A DNA stretch of 64,000 nt from Paraspadella gotoi (GCA_051294375.1 CM119268.1:11067587-11131586), one strand, 5' to 3'. Counted from the stretch's first letter, positions 28,638 to 47,379 are shown. Numbers and translations: made by a program. The notes: generated from the sequence alone by a model not told the origin.

Positions 28638-31600
28638 TTAGGCGCGTTTCGCGACGCGATTCCGGCGAGCGAGACTGGATATCCTGGGCATTGATAGTCA
28701 CGCGCTTAGCGTGGTGGCGCAAAGGTTGGTATCTCGAAGAGACCGACCAGCGAGTAAGCCTCAGAAGACTCTTGCAGGCCATGACGGCAGAGCTTTGGAA
28801 GCGAAGATCGGTCTTGAGTCCTGGGCGATCTTCGGCGGACGGAGACGCTGGAAGGGCAGCTTGCGGAGATGAGGAGCTCGGTGGATTCTCGGGTCGTCTT
28901 GATTCGCGAAGGAGCCACAGTGCCTTGGCCTGTAGCGATGGGGCTTCTTGACACCGCAGGTGGCCTGGAGCCGACCTTCGGCGCCTTCGTGGCAAGCTGC
29001 TTCCTCGGGCCTGCACCGGCTAGATTTACGAGCGGTTTGTTTGGTTCGCGCCATTCTTCGAAAATTAGTGATTACGGAAGGTAAATTAGAATTTACGGAG
29101 GGATTTTTGAGTCGGAGCGAACGAGCCGCTGTTTTATACTGAGCCCGAGGAGAGCTGCCTTCTGATTGGTCGAAATTTCAGTAACATCCGATCCGTTGAT
29201 CGACGTTGCCAATTCGGAACTAGTTCTTTCCACAGTATTAAGGAATTTAGCACGAATCTTTATTCTGTTAAATTTACCACATAAATAAAATAATTAAATA
29301 TCTATATTTACTAATATTAGTTCAGTCATGGCTTTAGTGCATGGCTTTAGTACAACCTTCATGTAAACGAAATCGCACTTGATTGATTTATTTGTATCAA
29401 GAGAAGAATTATTAAAATTAAAATTCCTAGGTTTATCCTTTAATTGTCTGCCACTTTGAAGTCAACCGGGGAAGAAAGTTTATATGGATTTTTAAGCTTA
29501 TAGGTTATAGGTTATAGCACTGAGGCGCTGCGAAAGAAACAGCTTTAATCCATCTGTTGGTGATAGGACCACTCAGAATAGGTTATATTGTCCTTTCTTT
29601 GTCATTAACATTTTTGATATGGAGAGAAGCTTTGATGATTTCTTTTTGTCATAAATTTTGCCTTCTTTATAAACGAATAATAACATAATAATACCGTTAA
29701 TATGACACTATCGTCGATTTTTTTATTTTAAAATTCGGGTGTTGACCAACGCTTTATTAAACGATTACTAATTCAAACTGTAGTATATAACAATGTATTG
29801 ATTAGGGTTCACATACCGCTTAACAAGTTAACGCTTTATTAAACGATTAAATAATGTTTAACTACACCGTTCAATATATTTATTTAACGGATTAAATCTC
29901 GGTTAATTGTTAAAATATGATTTTTTTTATTTTGGTATTAAAATCTTTGATTTTTTTAAAAGAAAAGTAATTTTTTGTCCATCTCTTATTCTCCTCTATG
30001 GTCTGAAAAAATAAAAAAAAGAAAAACAAGCTGTTCACGAACTGACATCAAGAAAATAATGAAGAAGATATTAACTAAAGAAAAAGAGAAGAGAGAGAAA
30101 GAAAGACAAACATAGAATTGAATTACCTAGTGGTTTTTCTTTCCTTTGTCCTTTATATATTTTTATTATGCTATGAGGTAAAAGAAAAGTTTTGTAATAA
30201 GATTTATTCACGAATGCCATTATCTGCATTAGCTAAATTATCATAGGTGGATTCAATAGTTTTGCTCAAATCAATTATTTTAATTTACAATAAAAATGTG
30301 TACCTATTCTATTCTTGAAATTAAAGATAAAAAAGATAAGGAGAAGAGTTAAAGATAAAATACTATTAAATACTTGTTTTGATTTAAATCAATAATATTT
30401 TAAATTTAAAGGTAAAATCTATAAAATTAACAGATGTTCTAACGGTTAACCGGCTTAAAATTATTGTTTTAACGGTTAAGCTAAATTTTTCAAAATTAAC
30501 GGTTATTGGACCCTTAGTATTGATTCAGTATTTTACGTTACTAGATTTTTTCAAAACTATAGAATGAGTTTCAGGAGATGAAATTACGAAGAGAAAATTA
30601 ATGTTGATATTCGACCAATAATAAACGTATAAAAGAGAAAATGTTGTAATTTCTGTCCACAATCTCTTTCGCTGCATGAACAAGGCTAACTCCATTGGAT
30701 TGCGAAAATCTTATACTACCATCGCAACAACATCGAATTAAACACTTTTTAGTAGAGGATGACTCGAATCGACTCACTCCTATCAGTTATTTCGTAATCT
30801 TTGTTCTCAATCCCATCTTTTACAAGCAGCTCTTAAAGATAATCATAATTCATCACAATCACTGTCATTATTGTAACTATATAATTCAAAATAACTTTCG
30901 AAGTGAAAACGGCTCTCTTTATTCACAATCAAGACAAAAGTGCCGACTCGGCAACCGTTGCTATTCTTATCATTTTTTCTATTCATTTTTTGAGGTTTCG
31001 ACGAACCGTCTTTGTTCTGTGAAGACGAATCTCCCGCTCAACGTGCCACTCGATCCCCGTTGCCCTCGCTGATTAGTTCAATTTTCGTCGCAAGGCACTC
31101 GTAGCTATTGGTGCTTATCAGTAAGCAGGCAGCCGTTGAGGATACGATCGAAAAGATATATATTATAGGGCCCCTTCAGGTATCATCTCTTCTTGGGGTT
31201 TTTTTTCCATCTTCATCATAACTCAACTCTATTATAACTCAATATGTCTGGACGTGGAAAAGGCTGGGCAAGGGCTCGGAAAAGGGAGGCGCCAAGCGTC
31301 ATCGCAAGTTTCTTCGTGACAAGCATCCAACGGCTATCACAAAAGCCGCCATTCGCCGTCTCGCCCGCCGTCGGCGGTTGCTCAAGCGTATCTCCCCGGT
31401 CTCATCTACGAGGAAATCGTTGGCGTCCTCAAGGTCCCTCGGAGAACGTCATCAGAGATTGCGTTACATTACACAGAGCACGCCAAAGCGCTAAGACCGT
31501 CACCGCCATGGACGTCGTCTACGGCTTCTCAAAGCGCCAAAGGGCCGTCACCCTGTACGGTTTCGGCGGTTAGGTAGATGTTTCTAAATCTTCTTACACC

Positions 31601-33517
31601 CCAACGGCCCTTTTAAGCCGGCCACAAAATTTCAAAGGAATTGCTCGAATACTACTTTTTTTCTGCGTTTGCTGTGCTAAAAAGCTTTGAAAGAATAATT
31701 TCTTCTATTCGTGTCTCAGACATTCTATTAATTAACAAGTTAAATCAGTAATCTTGAATTATTCGTTAGAAAATTTCCATTTGAGACAGTTATTTTTCTG
31801 GAAAGAAAGTCAGTGATGCTTCGGGAGAGCGACAGCGGAATAACTATATATTTATAAATCATTATATTTTCTCGTCGCGAAAACTTCATGCGCGATGGCT
31901 TTAGGAAAGATAGCTTTATAGGAAAGTTAGAACTTTCCCCACCGCCAAAGCTTCCAATTGAACTGGAGGCAAACTGGAAATTTTGTCGAATCAGCTTTCT
32001 GCAACGTGGGGAGATAGCTTATGAAAATGATGCAACTAATATAATAATTATTTCAATTATCATCTGTGACTGACTTAAAGAAGAGGCCTTTCGTTGTTAT
32101 CAGGCCATGCATGACTCGTTATTCCGAACTTCGTGGATTTTAGCAATTTTTTGAATTTAACCACTAGTGACGAAGCGTAAGATGAGTTAATATGGTTTAA
32201 TTTTCATACCCGATTTACGGCTCGTTTATTTAACATCAACTTTTTTTTAAGAAATTTACTTGCCGATATTTTTCGAAGAGAACTGAACGACGCTACATCT
32301 AACTTTCGGAAACTGGAAACTAACCAATTAGTAGTAGGTTATTATCAATAAAAAATTGACAGATCTTTTTAGAGATTTTGGGCAAGCCCTAACAAAGGGC
32401 TACATTGTGTTGTGTTTATTTAGTTAACTCTTACTTCTTCTCGGTTTCTTGGGCAGAAAGGAAGCCTGAATGTAGGCAGGACGCCTCTTGAGCCGATGGT
32501 GACTCCAGAGAGAAGGTTTGTTCAATTCCTTCGTCATTTACGGTATGGGCCAGTTTGAAGATGACGGGGGATGATTCTCGTTCTTGTTATCGGCTCGAGC
32601 CGCATTTCCCGCACTTCAAGAAAGCGATCTAGCCGATAAAAGATATATCAAACGGGACGGCAGCCAACGAGACCGGAGCACCAGCTCCGACGCGCTTCGC
32701 GTATGCCTTTTGCGCAGGAACCTGTGCACACGGCCGACAGAATGAAGGCCAGCGCCGGCTGGAACGGCCTCTTTGCCTTTCCCTTTGGATTTTCCGCCTT
32801 TTCACGTCCAGACATATGGTTGATTGAGAGAGTAGTTATCAAATTTATAAATTCAGAATCCGAGTAATGAGTGATATGCCAATTTTCGTGCAAGATCGCT
32901 TTTATACGAACTGTGGATCGAGACATCGCGAAGGAAAATTTGGCTCCGATCCTATTGGTCGAAAGGATTCTCGATCGACCAATCAAGAAGGCAATTCGTT
33001 TTACGATCTGCGAAATTAACTCGAGTCGTCGATACCTCCGCACCGAGTATAAATAGAGAGGACTAAAAAGCATCAGTCATTCGTTTTAAAACGATTCTTC
33101 GCGATCTAAGTTTCGTTTCATTTAAACTCCAAAACGACCATGCTCCCAGGTTTCTTCGAAGGGTGCCAGAGGCGGCAAGGCTAAGGCCTTCCCGTTCCTG
33201 GCGGCGAGAAGAAGAAGAAGAGAAAGCGTAAGGAATCTTACGCCGATACTACATCCTACAGGTGTTGAAGCAAGTTGCACCCCGATACTGGTTGTCTCAT
33301 CCAAGGCCATGAGCATTCATGAACTCGTTCGTCAATGACATCTTCGAACGCATCGCGGGACTGAGGCTTTCCCGCTGGCCCACCTACCAACAAGTGGAAC
33401 GACCATCACTCCAGGAGATCCAGACGGCGCTCAGGCTTCTACTCCCCGGTGAATTGGGCCAGACGCCGTCTCTGGAGGGCACCAGGGCCGTCACCAAATT
33501 ACACCAGCTCCAAGTAG
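28638..33517. pseudogene. Frameshifted inverted copy 3 of histone quartet: H3 28638-29054(-), H4 31244-31573(+), H2A 32431-32815(-), H2B 33140-33517(+); probably sequencing error
   Basis: Reverse complement of 744-5528 with a partly different set of 1-bp indels. Confidence 0.35.
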
Positions 33518-35781
33518 ATCTTCGAAGACTATCTGACGCGATCACCCCAAAAGCCCTTTTTTAGGGCTTGCCATTATATTCTCGAAAGATTGATTGAAAT
33601 ATTCCCTTATTTATCTACTGCTTTTTTAACTTTTATATATGATGATATTATACATACCGTGTTTAATCGAACTACATGGTAAATTCTATTTAATTTTGAA
33701 CATCCGAAACTTTTTCTTACGAATACGGCCTCAAAACGAAACCATGCTATAATGAGGCGACTGAAATTTCGTATAAAAAGAGGAAACGTGAATATAAGTT
33801 TATTCCTTCTCGCCAATAGCGTTAGGAATAAATTATACAAGAGATAAACTCAGCAACGAAACATGATCGATAGTCGCGTCTCACGGCAAGCCTCAACTTA
33901 TCTTCTTTCGTGCAATTCCTAGCTCTTGCTTGTCAGCATTGTTGTCAATTTCGGCATCGGTCGTTTACTCGTTAGGTCTTTCGCCTTTCTAGCTTTCCGC
34001 ATCTAACCAACCCACCGCCCCCCCCCCCCCCATCACACCCCCCCCCATCCCACCCCCCCCATCCCCCCCCCATCCCCCCCCCACCCCCCCCCCCCCAATA
34101 GTGAGGCTTCGAATCCGAATCAGATCATCGGGTCGCCTCTGGTACAACCTAGGATAACTTTCTTCCAGGGAAGATGCCTTATAAGGCTTATATAAAATAT
34201 AAATCGGGGTATGAAGTGATGTTAAACGGTAGAACGGATGAAAGTAGAACCGTGGTTTGCGGATTACGTTGGCTTCGTACGCGCTGTCAAGATCTGTCAA
34301 ACTTCGAATCGGCGAAACAAAGTGGAAACAACAGGAATGGCGCCCACCGACTACGTACTTGTTCAAATTTTATGAATACATTTATTTTGAAATTTTTTTA
34401 TCTTTCTTTTTTTATGCATTTAATCGAAATGAGAATAATAAATAAAATGATATTTTAAATTCAAAATACCAAGACCGAGAAACGCAGGAAAAACGCAAAC
34501 GGCGAGCGGCGAACGACAAACGGCGAAGGTGAAAAGCGATTTTGTTTCTGACGTTTCATTCGTCGGCGGTTTTATCAAATCGAAGGGGGAGAGAGAGGGG
34601 AGGGAGAAGAGGGGGGCGGAGAGAAAAGAAAAGTGAAAGGGGAAGAGAGTGAATGCCAGATGAAAGGAAAGTGGTAGAACGCGAGAGAAGATTAAACGAG
34701 AAAGAAGAGAGAGCAGTTGAGTTTTAAAAGTAATAAAAGGAAGAAAAGTATTACGAAATGATTCTGATCTCTTTATCAGAAAATTCAGTAAACAAAAAAA
34801 CAAAACAAAACCCCGCTGAAAGCAAAGACCGCGAAAAAGACGAGCTTCTGGCGAGGAGGCGGGTGGGCGTGGCCGCGAGGAAGAGAGCGATTTAGATTCT
34901 AGAATCGGATTCTAATTTCCATTCTCCCCTCGGTTTCTCTTCTCTTCTTCGACGGATATTTGAAGTCGACCGCCCAACTCCCGGGAGGTTTATTGTCTGT
35001 CGCTGAGGGCCTCTGCCTCTCTCTGTCTCTCTCTTTCTCTCTCTTTCTCTATCTCTCTCTTTATCTCTCTTTTTTTTTATTCCCTTCCTCTAGTTTTCTC
35101 CTACAATAAACTTTGACAAGGTCGTATTTAAACAGAAAGTTTGATTAACTTAAATTTATTCAAAGCAAAGTTTTTAACAAACGAAGTTTAACAGAGAAAA
35201 TTCATGGGAACCTGAAAAAAAAATCACTGTCGTTAACTCTTCTTCATTAATTAAGTTAACTTCACTTATTATTTTTTCGCCTGAACTCTTCATAATTTTT
35301 GAATATTTTTTTCAAGTTTAAATTTATTTTTCATTCTGCTTTAAATTCCCTTGTGCGCCAATTTTCCACTTTCTTTTCAAGTCAACCAGATCCTTTCCTT
35401 TTTTCCGCCAAAAGTTTTTTGACGACCAAAAGTTTTTTTTCAATTTTTTTTAACATTTTCTCTTTAACTGGGAAATTAATGTACATGTTTAAACAGGAAA
35501 AAAAAGAATTAGCCATGAATAATCATTACCTTTGTAGGTTTCTATTAGGCGAGTGTCGAACACCGCAAGGGATTGTTGCAAAACCTCAAGTCAAATATTA
35601 AAATGGACGCCATTCTTTATGACTCGACTAATGAGACTCGTAATTCCATTCTAAAATCGTTAAACAATTAAGAGGGCGTTTACCTGGTAGCCAGAAGGAC
35701 TCTCTTCCCACAAGGCCTCGTGCGCGTTTCTACGGCGTTAAAAAACAAAATGGCGATGCTTAATAATAAATATTGCGAGAA

Positions 35782-36123
35782 AACAAGAACGATAATTCCA
35801 ATGTGTTGGGCCCCGGTGACTTTATCTTCACGTGTATATTTCCCTTTGATCACACGATATGAAATGACATGACATGACTAAAAAACTTTTTGTGCCCATG
35901 TATTTATGACATACACTGCATCAAAATTTCATCTTTTATTCCTTATAGTTTTAGGAATTACTGAAGGCGGCGCTAGAAGTCCCTTAGATTTGGCAAATAT
36001 ATGCACTTTTAACGTTCGTAGGACAGACCGACGGACAGACACACCGACGGACCGACAAACCGACAAACGACCGAAAAGTGACTTATAGAGTTGCTCCGTG
36101 TGTACTCGTGGCGCAACTAAAAA
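35782..36123 (+). mobile_element. Helentron-associated non-autonomous element (HINE/DINE-1-like)
   Basis: AACAAGA start, AAATTTCAT...TTATAGTTT core, (GACA/GACG/GACC)n microsatellite at about 36021-36075, 3' hairpin AGTTGC...GCAACT followed by an A-run; 5' boundary approximate. Confidence 0.6.
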
Positions 36124-38444
36124 ATTTCAATGAATAAATAAAGGAGCAAAGTTAAAATGATAAGCTTATTTTCCAAAATTAACATTCTATCTTTCACTAA
36201 ACACTAAAAAGTATAAAATACTGTAAAATTTCTTATCTTGTAAAAGTACCTGGAATCTTCGGCTCTCGAATCGAGAATGTAATAACTTCCAACGCCGAGA
36301 CAAATCACCAACATCACAATAAAGAAATACGTCTTCCAAGATTTTCGCTTCTTTTTTTTGTCGTCGACTTCGCGGTTGTCGTTGTCGTTGTCGTCGTCGG
36401 CGTCGTCGTCGTCGTCGTTGTCGTCGTCGTCGTCCTCGACTTCGTTGTCGTTTCTGTTTACGTTCGCATTCGCCGTGACTCGGGTCCTGAGGAGCGAGGA
36501 TGCGTTGAAAAGTGTCAGGAAGGCGGGGGAGAAATGTGTTCCAGTCGAACTCTTAATTTTATGAAATCGATTCTTTCATCTTTCAGCATTCATCGCCGTT
36601 GCTTTATTGGAGTATGTTTCAAAATTTGGGTAAAAATGTTGAAATAAAAAATAGACTAGATAAATAAATTTCTTAAAAATCCTACAGTCATTAAATCAAA
36701 AAAAAATTTAAGCAACCTACTTTCATTTATTTGTTCTTAACTGCAGTTTCCACTGGCGATTCAACAGATGACGCGACGATTCGTATCGATGATCTTTTGT
36801 GCGCTCAATTTTTGGGAACTGAATTTGCGAACTGTCCTGGGCGTTTGATTGAGGTTTTCCTTTAATAAGTTGCTTGATCGATTTTTGTTGATGTCGCAAC
36901 TGAGATTTTTCAATTTCAATGTCATCTCCTTCGAGTCAATGATATTTGTTTTAAATACTTTTTTATGAGAACCCATTTTTTAAAAATATTTTGAAAACGT
37001 TCTCGAGATCATTTTTTAAGTAAACTTCCAAAATGATTTTCTTTAAAAAATAGACATACTATTTACTTGTAAATAAAAACCATAGTATTTTCTAGGCAAT
37101 GTCGAATTAATTTTACGCCTTCCCCAATCCGGTTCTCATTAAAAAGGATCGCCAAACCTTCCTGAGATCTTTGTTTTGATTCCAATGAACAATCTCTTCG
37201 GGGTATTTCCTCGCTTTGCGTCTAACGAAGAAACGACGCAGCGCAGGAAGTTCAATTTTCAAAACTGGCACGATACTTAAAATTGGATACCTGCGCGACG
37301 GGTTCGGGCTGAGCTAGAGACATCTTTGACGCCCTCATCAGATTCCATCTCGTCGTTTGATTGGTCAACCATCGAAGTCGAGATTGATTCTGGGCGCAAT
37401 TGAATTTCATTGCCTTCGGCTACAATAACCGGCTGTTATTCATTTCCTCTCATTATTTCAAAGGTTCCCTGCCGAAAACTCCTCGTGGCGACCTTACCCG
37501 AACCTCACCAAACCCAGCTCTTATACCTCGTCGAACCCGGGTCTTCCCTTCTCCAAATCCCATTCCCATATTTTCGTCGACCACGTGGAAGATGATGATG
37601 ACAAAGACGACGACGAGCTTGGTCGACGACGACGAAAGATTTTCATTTTGAATTTGATCCTTGATCAGGTTGTCGGTCGGTCTGTTTCGTCGCGACTTTT
37701 GTCCGTTTTTTAACGATTCGGTCTTTATTATGACGAGAATTCTACTTGCAGAATGTACACAGTTTTTTGACTCAAATAATGTAGCACAGTAGCAATCAGG
37801 ATATAATGATAAGCTTAAGACTCCCATTTGCTTACTACAACAATTTCATTTGAATATACCGGTTATGCCTTATGGTCTTTTACTTGATTTGTTATCTTCT
37901 CTGCGCCTCAATTTGTAACAATCGCAAAAATGATGCAAATTTAAAAAAATATTAATTATTGGCCGTGCAGTAACAATTTCTGTTTCTAGAAGCCCTTTGA
38001 AACCGATTTATCATATATAATGGCGCAAGCCACTGGTTGCTTTATTTCTTTCGAATCTAGATAAGGCCTTGACACTACATGGCATAAAAATTTGACACGT
38101 ACATCACTCCCACTACGACTTCCCCTTTACCCCATCGCTCCTTCTCCTCCTCCTTGCCTCCTCGCTCCTCCCTTTTCACCTCATGAGTAATAAGTTTTAC
38201 TCGTTATCGACTTTTCTCTCTGTTCACTCATGTGTTGAAAAAAGTCTAAACACTGTTGTTGTTGTTGTGTTGTGGTTTTGTTTGTTTCTGTTCGTTGACA
38301 TGAATGTTTGTCGTTTTTTGTCGTTGTGTGTTATTATTTTTGTTTTCTGGGGAGTCTAAAACTGGTCCAAATGAGCTAATATTCTATGTTTCACAAAAAA
38401 TCTTTGTCCCAAAGAAAGATGAACTCGCCTTAAACTGGAGATCT

Positions 38445-38503
38445 ATGGGTCACTCCGAATGGTCACTCCAAATGGGTCACTCCGAATGGTCACTCCAAAT
38501 GGG
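38445..38503 (+). repeat. 27-bp tandem repeat ATGGGTCACTCCGAATGGTCACTCCAA x2 (13-14-bp subunits)
   Basis: Direct reading; a related CACTCCGAAT occurs at about 38552. Confidence 0.85.
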
Positions 38504-38943
38504 GTCCTCACCTGTCCGAAGGGTTACTACTAAAAGTCGACGTGAATTCCCACTCCGAATGTGGTATAAACCCTTCCAGAACCTGGGAATAGCAAGCTCG
38601 CTCTTTCAGAAATGGGTCCACTGAAGTCATGTCATCATGTGACCCACTAAGACCATCACCAGATCATCTGTCTCGAGGCTCACACTGGTTCTTAGTCCCA
38701 AACTAAGTGCCCATCACGGCTCTCGTGCTTCCGCAATCTTCATCCGACTCGGTCGCTGTATCCTTCACACGAGTCGTCGTCGTCCTCGTACCCCGTTTGC
38801 CTGGCAACGGATTGTGTGGGATAATTCTCTCCCGAAGAGCAAACACCTCTCTTGTCTTGGAAACGAATCCTGTTTTCTCGGTCCACTTCTTCGTAGAAAT
38901 CATACGAGCGACAAGAGTCCACCCGATACGCACACGACAGATA

Positions 38944-39400
38944 TGGCAGCAATGGGCAGCAATGGCCGCAATGGAGCAATGAAAGCATTGGCAGCAATGA
39001 AAGCATATGGCAAGCAATAGCAGCAATGGGAGCATGGACAGCATTTGCCGCAATGGCAGAACAATGGCATGCATTGGCAACACCCGACTCAATGCGTCAT
39101 CGTTTTGCTGCAGGTAGAATTGTTGCTAGCAATGGCCGCATGGCATCAAGCTTGGGAACATATTGGCAGCTATGTGCGTGTATTTCAGAAGTTTTGCAGG
39201 TCACTGATGTTTAAAAATCAAGTATGAATAGCGATGGGCAGCCAATGGTAGCATGGCAGCATGGGCAGCAATTGTGCAGACAACTTCAGGCCTGACTTAG
39301 CAATTGCAATTAGCTGCAATGGCATCCATTGGCAGCATTGGCAGGCAGTAGACAGATAAGGTGGACGCAACCTTGGTACAACTTAATAATGGCAGCATTA
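38944..39400 (+). repeat. Degenerate ~9-bp minisatellite (GGCAGCAAT/GCAATG-like)
   Basis: Repeated tggcagcaatg / gcaatgg / gcattgg units. Confidence 0.7.
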
Positions 39401-41496
39401 AGTAGCATTAAATGAGAAAATATCGGGATAATTAAAATCCACATAGTTTCATCGAGCAGGCAGAGCATCTACTTGTGCAGAACAATGGCACTATGCACTA
39501 TAAAGAGACACATCTCTGTGCACTGATTTTCCCCAAGCAAGAATTGGCAGCAAATTGGACACCGAAGTTAACACACCAATTGGCCTGAGACAATGAAATC
39601 ATACCTGAGCCCACGAATCCAATGGTAGAAGGAGCAATAGTAAACGACCACACTACGGTCCATATACCTAACAAAGGAACGAAAGTACATGTTCCATGTA
39701 CAGTGCAATGTAGGCAGCATTGCGCACAAGCCATTGGCAGCTAATTGCTTCAAAACAGTTCAACTTTCCCATGATCCGAGACCACCTCATCTCAGGGCGT
39801 TCGCCTGCTTTGAACTAAGAGAGCCACTCTCTATTCTCGCCATAAAACGCATATCCGCTAACTCCACACTGAGACGGCCAACACATCTATACCACTTTTA
39901 GACACTCCAGTGCGGACGCGGATAGACATTATCGAAGGCGAGCTTTGTACGATATCTCACAACAACAAACGACGAACTCGGCGGAGAGCGCAACTCGTTG
40001 TTCACGCAATGAGAGTACTGATACTACGACGATGACGAAACGTAGACGACCCCTCGCACGAGGCGCTCCTCGTTGGGACAATGACGACGACACGATGCTG
40101 GATAAGGAGGACCGCAGGAGAGGCAGCCGGGCTCCGGGGAGGAAACGAAACAAAGACGACGAAAACAGCCACAACTGTGACGTGAAAGACAGAGCTTCGG
40201 GTCCGCCAACTACGGGATGAGGGGATCGCTTATTCAGGCGAGTACCAAACTAATTAAGGTTTACCTTTGTATGATGTTAATTTGTCATCATTATTTTTAT
40301 TTATCGATACTGTTATAAAAAATAGTTTGTAGTCTACGCGTCAGGCCCATAATTTGCACAAAAAACGTTTTTTTGTTAAATATGCATAGGGAAAAAGTTT
40401 TAGGAAAATAGGTGATTATTTAATATTTTTGCTCATTTGAAACACCCACTCTCAAAAAGCTATTAAAAATATCATGAATGATGTCATGAGCTCGAACGTC
40501 CGTTCACGATCCGATGCCTCAAATAGCTTTTTCGACGCCCAGCGATAAAAATAACACGTCAAAGTTAACTTAAAACAAATAAGTTTTTAAAGAGGAACCA
40601 TTACGTGATGATTATAAAACAATCAAAGTGTAAAAGTGTAAAGAGAAAAAAACTTTTTACACTTTTTAATTTCATTTTCAAACCGTCTGAACTTTGGAGA
40701 ATAAACAAGAAAGATTTTTGGAGAAACAAACGATTGAATTTATATTTCATACGAACACGAATTTTTTTCTGGTTTTGTGTGTGTGTGTGTTTAATTCGAA
40801 GGGGGAAAACGAAATAATTACAAAGGATTTTGTTGTCAATAAACGAACTTTATCGTCGGTAGGTAATACGATACAATTTATTAAACATTGCATATATACA
40901 ATAATTTAACATTAATGATAATAATTTCTTTTCACGGAGGCAAAGATGAAAGCTTTTATTTTTAAGAAAAGAAGCTCTACGAACTTTAAATAGCCTACAT
41001 TCGATACTATGTTATCTACGAATAATATAAATATATACTTTTGTTAATATTTACAGTGCAAATTTTACACAAACTTTATGCCCGTTAAATTATTTTTTGT
41101 ACGTTTCATGGAAACAAATGGCGTCACAAATATTGGTTATTTTTTGTTTTCAATCTGTGTTTTTTGTTTTTTTTTATTTCCAAATTTGGAAGTTAATCAA
41201 TTCGTAGGACTTCACTAAAAATTGCGGCAACTGGTATATGTACAAAAAAATAAACAAATATCTGATATCAAGTTGTAAAAAATAGACTAGTGATCGAGGA
41301 AGAGACACGAATCATTACTTGACAATAAATAAACGAATAAATAAAAAAAAGAAAAACTGAAAAAGGCTATGAAGCGGAATCAATGCACGATGATGAATAA
41401 CAACGGCGCTTTCATTGTTTTTAAAACAAACAATCGTGTAAATTTTGTTGTTTTCATGCCTGACAACGAACGTTTGGTACGAGCACACACTCAACG

Positions 41497-41559
<63 letters not shown>

Positions 41560-41895
41560 AGGAAGAAGAGAGAGAGAGAGAGAGAGAGAATGGAAACGAA
41601 TTAAGCATTTCAAAACGAAAGGCGAAATAAAAAACGGAGAAAAAAAAATTAAACAAACAAAATATTTTTCGAAATAACACGACCTACAAAGTAAAGTGGT
41701 CCGTAATTAAAATAAAATAAAAAAAAACAAAATAAAAAAAAATTATTCGATACCGACTGTGAACGAGAGATGGCTAATATCGATGATTATGTAATATTAT
41801 TACTCGGAAATGTACACACGGCCCAGCGACAGCCCCTCCTCGTTGTCCGCGGGCGCCCGTAACTCCTACAATTTCACATCCTGACGACAGGGGTC

Positions 41896-46341
<4,446 letters not shown>

Positions 46342-46761
46342 TATTTTTTGTGTGTGGAATGGGAGGATCGAGAGAGAGAGAGAGAGAGACGTATCACTTT
46401 CTAAGTTTCTTTGTTTATGAACAAACCGAGCGCGTTCTACTTTCTCTTTAATTCAATTTTTTTTTTCCCGCGCTTCCTCGCGATTTTCTCTTTTTATCGA
46501 CGGCGTCGCCACCAGATTAAACCGGAAGTGACGCTCGCCCTGGATTCCATCCACGAGTCGCGACGGGAAGGGTAGGCGTAGCTTTTGAGGAGTTTGACGA
46601 ACGCTGGAGAGAGAGAGAGGGCGACAGAGAGACAGAGAGAGTTGAGAGAGAGAGAGAGTCGATGCGAAGAGAGAGAAAAAAAATAAGCGAAGCGGAAGAG
46701 TAACAGGATTTCGACGCCGACGTCGTTGAAGACTTGGAAACTGGAAGACTTTATGGGTCAC

Positions 46762-46874
<113 letters not shown>

Positions 46875-47344
46875 TAAATTCTTATATAGTAGCGTCGTTC
46901 CTTTTCCTCATAAACCGACCCAGACGAGCGATAAAAAATCCAAGCGTTTTACTCCAACAAAGAATTTATTTCTTTTAATTAAACCCACTTGGAAACCTAC
47001 GCTCGACCATAAAAAACGCGGCGCGATTAAACTTTGTTTTTAATAAAATTAATGGAATAAACTCGTTAAAAATCCGGCGAAAGTTTAGTTTATATCGGGG
47101 ACGGTACAATTCCTAATTGCAGTTGGTCTGACCGGCGTCTTCTTCGTTGTTTTTTTGTTTGTTTTTTTTGTTTTAAAATCGTTTAATGTTTATTTCCGGA
47201 TTCATTTCTTCTTAATTTTTTTTTAATCATTTATTTCGTTCTCATCACCATCCTCCAATTGTTTGTTTTCGTCCTATCGTCTTTTCTTTCCGCTCGATTT
47301 TCTATCATTTTCGTCGTCGTCGTCGATGTTTAATTATGCGGCAA

Positions 47345-47345
<1 letters not shown>

Positions 47346-47379
<34 letters not shown>

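Larger units (their letters stand above)
11007..34097. other. Probable assembly artefact: two noisy inverted re-copies of about 281-11000 (11449-21545, 22591-34015) plus short forward re-copies (11032-11423, 21625-22565)
   Basis: Three gaps of exactly 25 N (11007-11031, 11424-11448, 22566-22590); dense single-base indels evenly spread over coding and non-coding DNA; identical poly-C junk at about 21541-21624 and 34013-34097; erroneous segments shared letter-for-letter between the two copies. Confidence 0.88.
38056..40253 (+). mobile_element. Candidate non-autonomous Helitron-like element with internal tandem repeats
   Basis: A|TCTAGATA possible 5' end; 3' hairpin TCGCTT-ATTC-AGGCGA (40226-40241) then 8 nt and CTAA|T (CTRR); GC-richer than flanks; no convincing ORF. 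Confidence 0.4.

Noticed and set aside
16240-33517. Novel histone variants or programmed-frameshift histones in the inverted copies
   Set aside because: Indels are equally dense in non-coding DNA, often differ between the two copies and sit in gap-filled sequence; best explained as read error
38445-38503. CRISPR-like direct repeats
   Set aside because: Head-to-tail tandem units without unique spacers, eukaryotic context, no cas genes
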